Assembly: GCA_016210325.1 (NCBI GenBank)
Contig: JACQUK010000112.1
Span: 598 to 64,597, forward strand
DNA length: 64,000 bases
Direction: 5' to 3'
From: Chloroflexota bacterium
GTDB lineage: Bacteria > Chloroflexota > Dehalococcoidia > Lucifugimonadales > HRBIN23
Shown piece by piece: positions 35,901-41,900 of this stretch (the stretch's first letter is position 1; the number at the start of each line of letters is the position of its first letter). Made by a program: the position numbers and the translations under genes. The notes under the pieces were generated by a model, which saw nothing but the letters and a program-made list of their open reading frames with translations, did no database searches and was not told the origin of the DNA.

Positions 35901-38900
35901 AGTATCTGGTGCTGCCACGGTCAACGTGCTGGCGGGGCTGTTGAACCAGGTTGTGGTGACACCGGCAGAGGCGACCACGGAAGTCTCTGGCGCAACGGTC
36001 CAGTTCTCGGCGCAGGCCAGGGATGCCTTTGGTAATGCCATCAACCTACCCATTGCCTGGAGCATTGACGAAGCAGACGCTGGTGGGGCCAGCATTGGCC
36101 AGACTGGTCTATTCACGCCGGGGACGGGTGCTCGGCTGCTGACGGTGCGGGCCACGGCTGCTGAGGAGGGCCTGGTGCGGTCGGGCACGGCCCGAGTCAC
36201 GGTGGAACCGGGGGCTCTGAGGCAGGTGGTGGTGACGCCCAACCCGGCTAGTGTACCCACCTTGGGGCAGCAGCAGTTTGGGGCAGTGGGCTTCGACCGC
36301 TTTGGGAACCCGATTGCGGGGCTGGTCTTCGGCTGGGCGGTGGTGAATGGACCGCCCGATGGGTTTATTGACGGGGCGGGGCTGTTCCGCGGCGGCGTCA
36401 CCGCAGGCACTTTTGTGAACACGGTGCAGGCAACGGCCACCTTCAAGGGTGCAACGGTGTCCGGCTTTGCAACTGTGACCATCCTGCCTGGGCCGCTGGC
36501 GCGGGTGGTGGTAACGCCGGCGCAGGCGACGACGGAGGTGGGTGGCGCAGCGGTCCAGTTTGCTGCACGGGCCGAAGACGAGCACGGGAACGCCATCAAC
36601 CTACCCATCTCGTGGAGCATTGACGAGGCCGACCGGGGTGGGGCGGCTGTGGACCACGCTGGTCTGTTCACGCCGGGGACCAAGGCGGGGGCCTTCACCG
36701 TCCGCGCCGCCGCGTCGCAGGGTGGCGTGGAGCGGTCGGGGACGGCGCAGGTCACGGTGGAGCCGGGGCGGTTGGCGCGGGTGGTGGTGAGTCCGGACCC
36801 GGCGGCGGTTGCTCTTCAGGGGCAGCAGCAGTTTGCGGCGGCAGGCTTTGATGCCTTCAACAACGCCATCCCTGGCCTGGTATTTGGCTGGGCGCTGGTA
36901 AACGGGCCGGCGGACGGGTCCTTGAGTGGAGCGGGGCTGTTCCAGGCGGGGACGACGGCGGGGACCTTCGCGGGCACAGTGCAGGCGACGGCCACCTACA
37001 AGGGGGCCACGATTTCTGGGGTGGCGACGGTGACTGTGCTGCCTGGGCCGCTGGCGCGGGTGGTGGTGACGCCGGCGCAGGCGCCGGCAGAGGCTGGTGG
37101 CGCAGCGGTGCAGTTCACGGGGCGGGCTGAAGACGAGTATGGAAACGTTCTGAACCTGCCTATGTCTTGGAGCATTGACGAAGCGGACGCTGGCGGGGCC
37201 GGCATTGACCAGACTGGTCTGTTCACGCCGGGGACGGGCGCCCGAGTGCTGACAGTACGGGCTACGGCGACCCAGGGGAACGTGGTCCAGTCTGGGACGG
37301 CGCAGGTCACGGTGGAGCCCGGGCCACTGGCGCGGGTGGTGGTGAGTCCGGACCCGGCGGTAGTGGCCCTGGAGGGGCAGCAGCAGTTTGCGGCGGCAGG
37401 ATTTGATGCCTTCAACAACCCGATTGCGGGGCTGGCCTTTGGCTGGGCCTTGGTGAACGGGCCGGCGGACGGGTCCTTGAGTGGAACGGGGCTGTTCCAG
37501 GCGGGGACCACCCCGGGGACGTTCGCGGACACGGTGGAGGCGACGGCGACCTACAAGGGTGCCCCGGTGTCCGGGGCAGCCACAGTGATTGTGCCGGTGG
37601 GTGCGCTGGCGCGGGTGATCGTGACGCCGGCAGAGGCCACCACGGAGGTCGGCGGGGCGGCGGTCCAGTTCTCGGCACGAGTAGAAGACGACCTTGGGAA
37701 CGAGGTCCTGGGTGCCTTGGTAGTCTGGAGCATTGATGAGGCAGACCGTGGTGGGGCCCAGATTGACCAGACTGGTCTGTTCACGCCGGGGACGGGCGCT
37801 CGGGCACTGACGGTGCGGGCCACGGCGACCAAGGACAACTTGGCGGGGTCGGGGACGGCGCGGGTGACGGTGGAGCCTGGGCCGCTGGCGCGGGTGGTGG
37901 TGAGTCCGGACCCGGCGGTAGTGGCCCTGGAGGGGCAGCAGCAGTTTGCGGCGGCAGGATTTGACGCCTTCAACAACCCGATTGCGGGACTGGTGTTTGG
38001 CTGGGCGTTGGTGAACGGGCCGGCGGACGGGTCCTTGAGTGGAGCGGGGCTGTTCCAGGCTGGGACGACGGCGGGGACCTTTGCGGACACAGTGCAGGCG
38101 ACGGCGACGTACAAGGGTGCCCAGGTGTCCGGGGATGCCACCGTCACCGTCCTGACGAGTGCTCTAGCACGGGTGGTGGTGACGCCGTCGCAGGCGACGA
38201 CGGAGGTGGGTGGCGCAGCGGTGCAGTTCACGGGGCGGGCTGAAGACGAGCATGGGAACGTTCTGGGTCTGCCTATGTCTTGGAGCATTGACGAGGCCGA
38301 CCGGGGCGGAGCGAGCATAGACCAGACTGGTCTGTTCACGCCGGGGACGGGTGCCCGAGTGCTGACGGTGCGGGCGACGGCAACCCAGAACGGCGTGGAG
38401 CGGTCCGGGACGGCGCAGGTGACGGTGGAGCCTGGGCCGCTGGCACGGGTGGATGTGACGCCGAACCCGGCGGTAGTGGCCCTGGAGGGGCAGCAGCAGT
38501 TTGCGGCGGCAGGATTTGACGCCTTCAACAACCCGATTGCGGGGCTGGCCTTTGGCTGGGCCTTGGTGAACGGGCCGGCGGACGGGTCCTTGAGCGCAGC
38601 GGGGCTGTTCCAGGCGGGCACCACCCCGGGGACGTTCGCGGACACGGTACAGGCGGAGGCGACCTACAAGGGAGCCACGGTGTCCGGGGCTGCGACGGTG
38701 ATTGTGCCGGTGGGTGCGCTGGTGCGGGTGATCGTGACGCCGGCGCAGGCGACGACGGCGGTTGGTGGCGCTACCGTCCAGTTCTCGGGGCGGGCCGAGG
38801 ATGCCTTCGGTAACCTTCTGAACCTGGCCATGACGTGGACAATTGATGAGCCAGACACTGGCGGAGCGAGCATAGACCAGACTGGTCTGTTCACGCCGGG

Positions 38901-41900
38901 GACGGGCGCCCGAGTGCTGACGGTGCGAGCCTCGGTGACCCAGGGTGACGTAAGTCGGTCGGGGACGGCGCGGGCCACGGTGGAGCCGGGGCCGTTGGCG
39001 CAGGTGGTAGTGACGCCGAACCCGGCGACGGTGCCCATCCTTGGACAGCAGCAGTTTGCGGCGGCAGGATTTGATGCCTTCAACAACCCCATCCCTGGCC
39101 TGCCCTTTGGCTGGGACTTGGTGGACGGGCCGGCGGACGGGTCCTTGAGCCCAGCGGGCCTGTTCCAGGCTGGGACAACGGCGGGGACCTTTGTGGACAC
39201 CGTGAGGGCGACGGCGACCTACAAGGGTGCGACGGTCTCAGGTCGTGCGACCGTGAGCATCCCGGTCGGACCGCTGCATCGAGTGGTCGTGACACCGCCC
39301 GAAGGCGTCACACAGGTAGCCGGCGCGGCGGTCCAATTCTCGGCGCAGGTGCAGGATGCCTTCGGCAACGTGCTGGACCTGTCCATGGAGTGGAGCATTG
39401 ATGAGGCAAACACGGGCGGGGCCAGCATTGACCAGACAGGCAGGTTCACGCCAGGGACCAGGGCGGGGACCTTCACCGTGCGGGCCACGGCGGTCCAGGA
39501 CGGCTTGGCCTCTGGTACCGCGCTGGTGATGGTGCGGCCGGGGCCGCTGGCTGCTGTGACGATGTTCATCAACGAGGACCTCAACGGCAACGGCGCTCTG
39601 GACGCTGGCGAAGACTTGAACGGGAACGCTGCTCTGGACACGAGGCTGTCCTTAGACCCGGCTGTTGTGGACATGACTCAACAGGTCCGATTCTTCGCCG
39701 AGTCCACCGATGCCTTTGGCAACGTGAAGACCAACGGAGTGGCTTTGGCGTGGAACCTCACTGATGCCCGCGCCGGCACAGTGGACCAGAGTGGGCGTTT
39801 CGTGGCAGGCCTGGTGGCGGGGGCCTTCCCAGGCGTCGTCAGGGTGGGCGCTACTGAGGGTGCCCTGGGCGTGTCCGATACAAATGGTGTTACCGTGGTG
39901 ACGGCGGTGGTGGCCGTGCTACCGCAGAAGGACGGCTTCCAGGACACCGTCATTGAGGTGCCGGTCACGTTCATCAACGTGCCGGCCCCTGGCCTGGGGT
40001 CCTACCGTATCCGCGTCCGCATCACGGACCGCAACGTAGCCCGGCTGGCTGGCGTAAGCCAGGCAGATGTGCTGGTGCCCGGCGATGCGCCCTTCACGAG
40101 CTTTGGCACGTTCATCGTGCTGGATGACCATACGGTTGACTTCGGTGGCAGCATCCCTGGCCCTGTGGGACCCACCGGGACAGTCCGCGTCGCGTCGGTC
40201 CGTATCAGGATGGCCGGTGCCCCTGGGAGCGGGACCGCTGTGGTAGTGTTCGATGTGATGGCCAACGATGCTCAGGGTGGGGCCACCACTGTCTTGCGGG
40301 CCGACGGGCACCTCACCGTCGCCACGGCGGACTTCGCTGCGGCCCCGGCTCCGGCCAAGGGCCAGGCACCGCTGGATGTGCAGTTGACCGACCATAGCAC
40401 CGGAAACCCCTACGCTTGGGGCTGGAGCATTTACCAGGACAACGGCGATGAGTTGTTCAACGCCGCTTCGGACGTGCTGCTGAAGTGGACGAAGGCGGGT
40501 GATACTTGGGTCGAGGACGCGGCCGGTGTCACCAGTATTCCGGACCAGAACCCCAAGGTGCGCTTCGGGCGTGGCGGTGACTTCCACGTGGCCCTGACGG
40601 TAACGATTGACCCCAGCACCACCACGGTCGTGAAGCCGCTGCTGGTCAGGACGCTGCTGCCGAGCTTCACGCTGGCGCCTAGCCTTGGCACTGCACCGCT
40701 GGGAGTCCAGATTACGGATAGCACCCAGGGCACGGTGAGTGGCTGGGACTACGAGATCTACCGCGAGGCCACCGGCAACAACTCCCTGGACATCGGCGGC
40801 GACACGCTGGTGGCTTGGGGCAAGGTGGACACCGACAGTAATGGCACGCCTGACACATGGGTCGAAGGCGCTGGCGCTGTGACCAGCATCCCGGAGCGGA
40901 ATCCGAGGGTGCGGTTCGACAAGGGCGGCATCTACCACGTTCGGTCGGTGGTGACTGGACCGGCAGGTACTTTTGCCACCACCCATCAGGCGGCGGTCAC
41001 GGTGCTCCGGGCCGACTTCTCGGCGGCGCTAGCCGCTGGGCAGGCTGGCACCGTTGACCCAGCCACGGGTCGCGTCGAGGGGGTCCTGACGCGCGATGAC
41101 CCAGAGTTCGACGTGCAGTTCACCCAGCGGGCCGAGGGGCCAGCAGTGGCCTATGCCTGGGACTTCAATTTGCAGCCCAGTGAGCTGGACGCCGGTGGCA
41201 GCTACATCGGCAGCTTCGATAGCAGTGACCCGAACCCGACCTACCCCTACACCTCGGCGGGCAGCTACACCGTGCTGCTGCGGGTCACGGGTGGTGGGCT
41301 TGATGACAGGGAGATCAAGGCGGGCATTGTCCTGGTGCACCAGGCGCCGTTGGCGGACTTCACCAATGACCCGGCAACACCGCCGCGAGGCCAGGCGCCG
41401 CTGACGGTGCAACTGCAAGACCTGTCCCAGGGCGACAACCCCAGGGCCTTCGACTACGAGGTCCGTCTGGACGATGGCGATGGGGCCCTCGATGCTGCCC
41501 AGGACACGCTGCTCACGTGGAGCAAGGTTGACACCAACAGCGACGGCACTCCTGACACCTGGGTCGAGGACGCCGCGGGCGTTACCAGCATCCCCGACCA
41601 GGACCCCAGGGTCCGGTTCGACCGGGGCGGTGACTTCCACGTGACGCAGATGGTGACCAACGCCTTCGGTGTCGACTCGGTGGTGCGGGCCCTGTTCGTC
41701 CGGGTGCTCAAGATTAACTTCAGTGGCACGGACTTCGAGGACAAGGTGGCGTACGCCCTGCCGGCGAGCCCGCTCCAGCTCATTATCCCCAGCCAGGATG
41801 ATCCGAACACACTGGCCGTCGTTGAGAACCGCGTCCAGTTCGCAGGGGTCATCTCAGGCACGGTCACCAGCGTCGCCTGGGACCTGAACGGCGACGGGGT

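Noticed and set aside
35090-39540. Regular tandem repeats, checked as a possible CRISPR array or satellite.
   Set aside because: - The period is about 555 nt, not about 60-70 nt.
- There is no short-repeat / unique-spacer organisation.
- The repeats are in frame and encode Ig-like domains.
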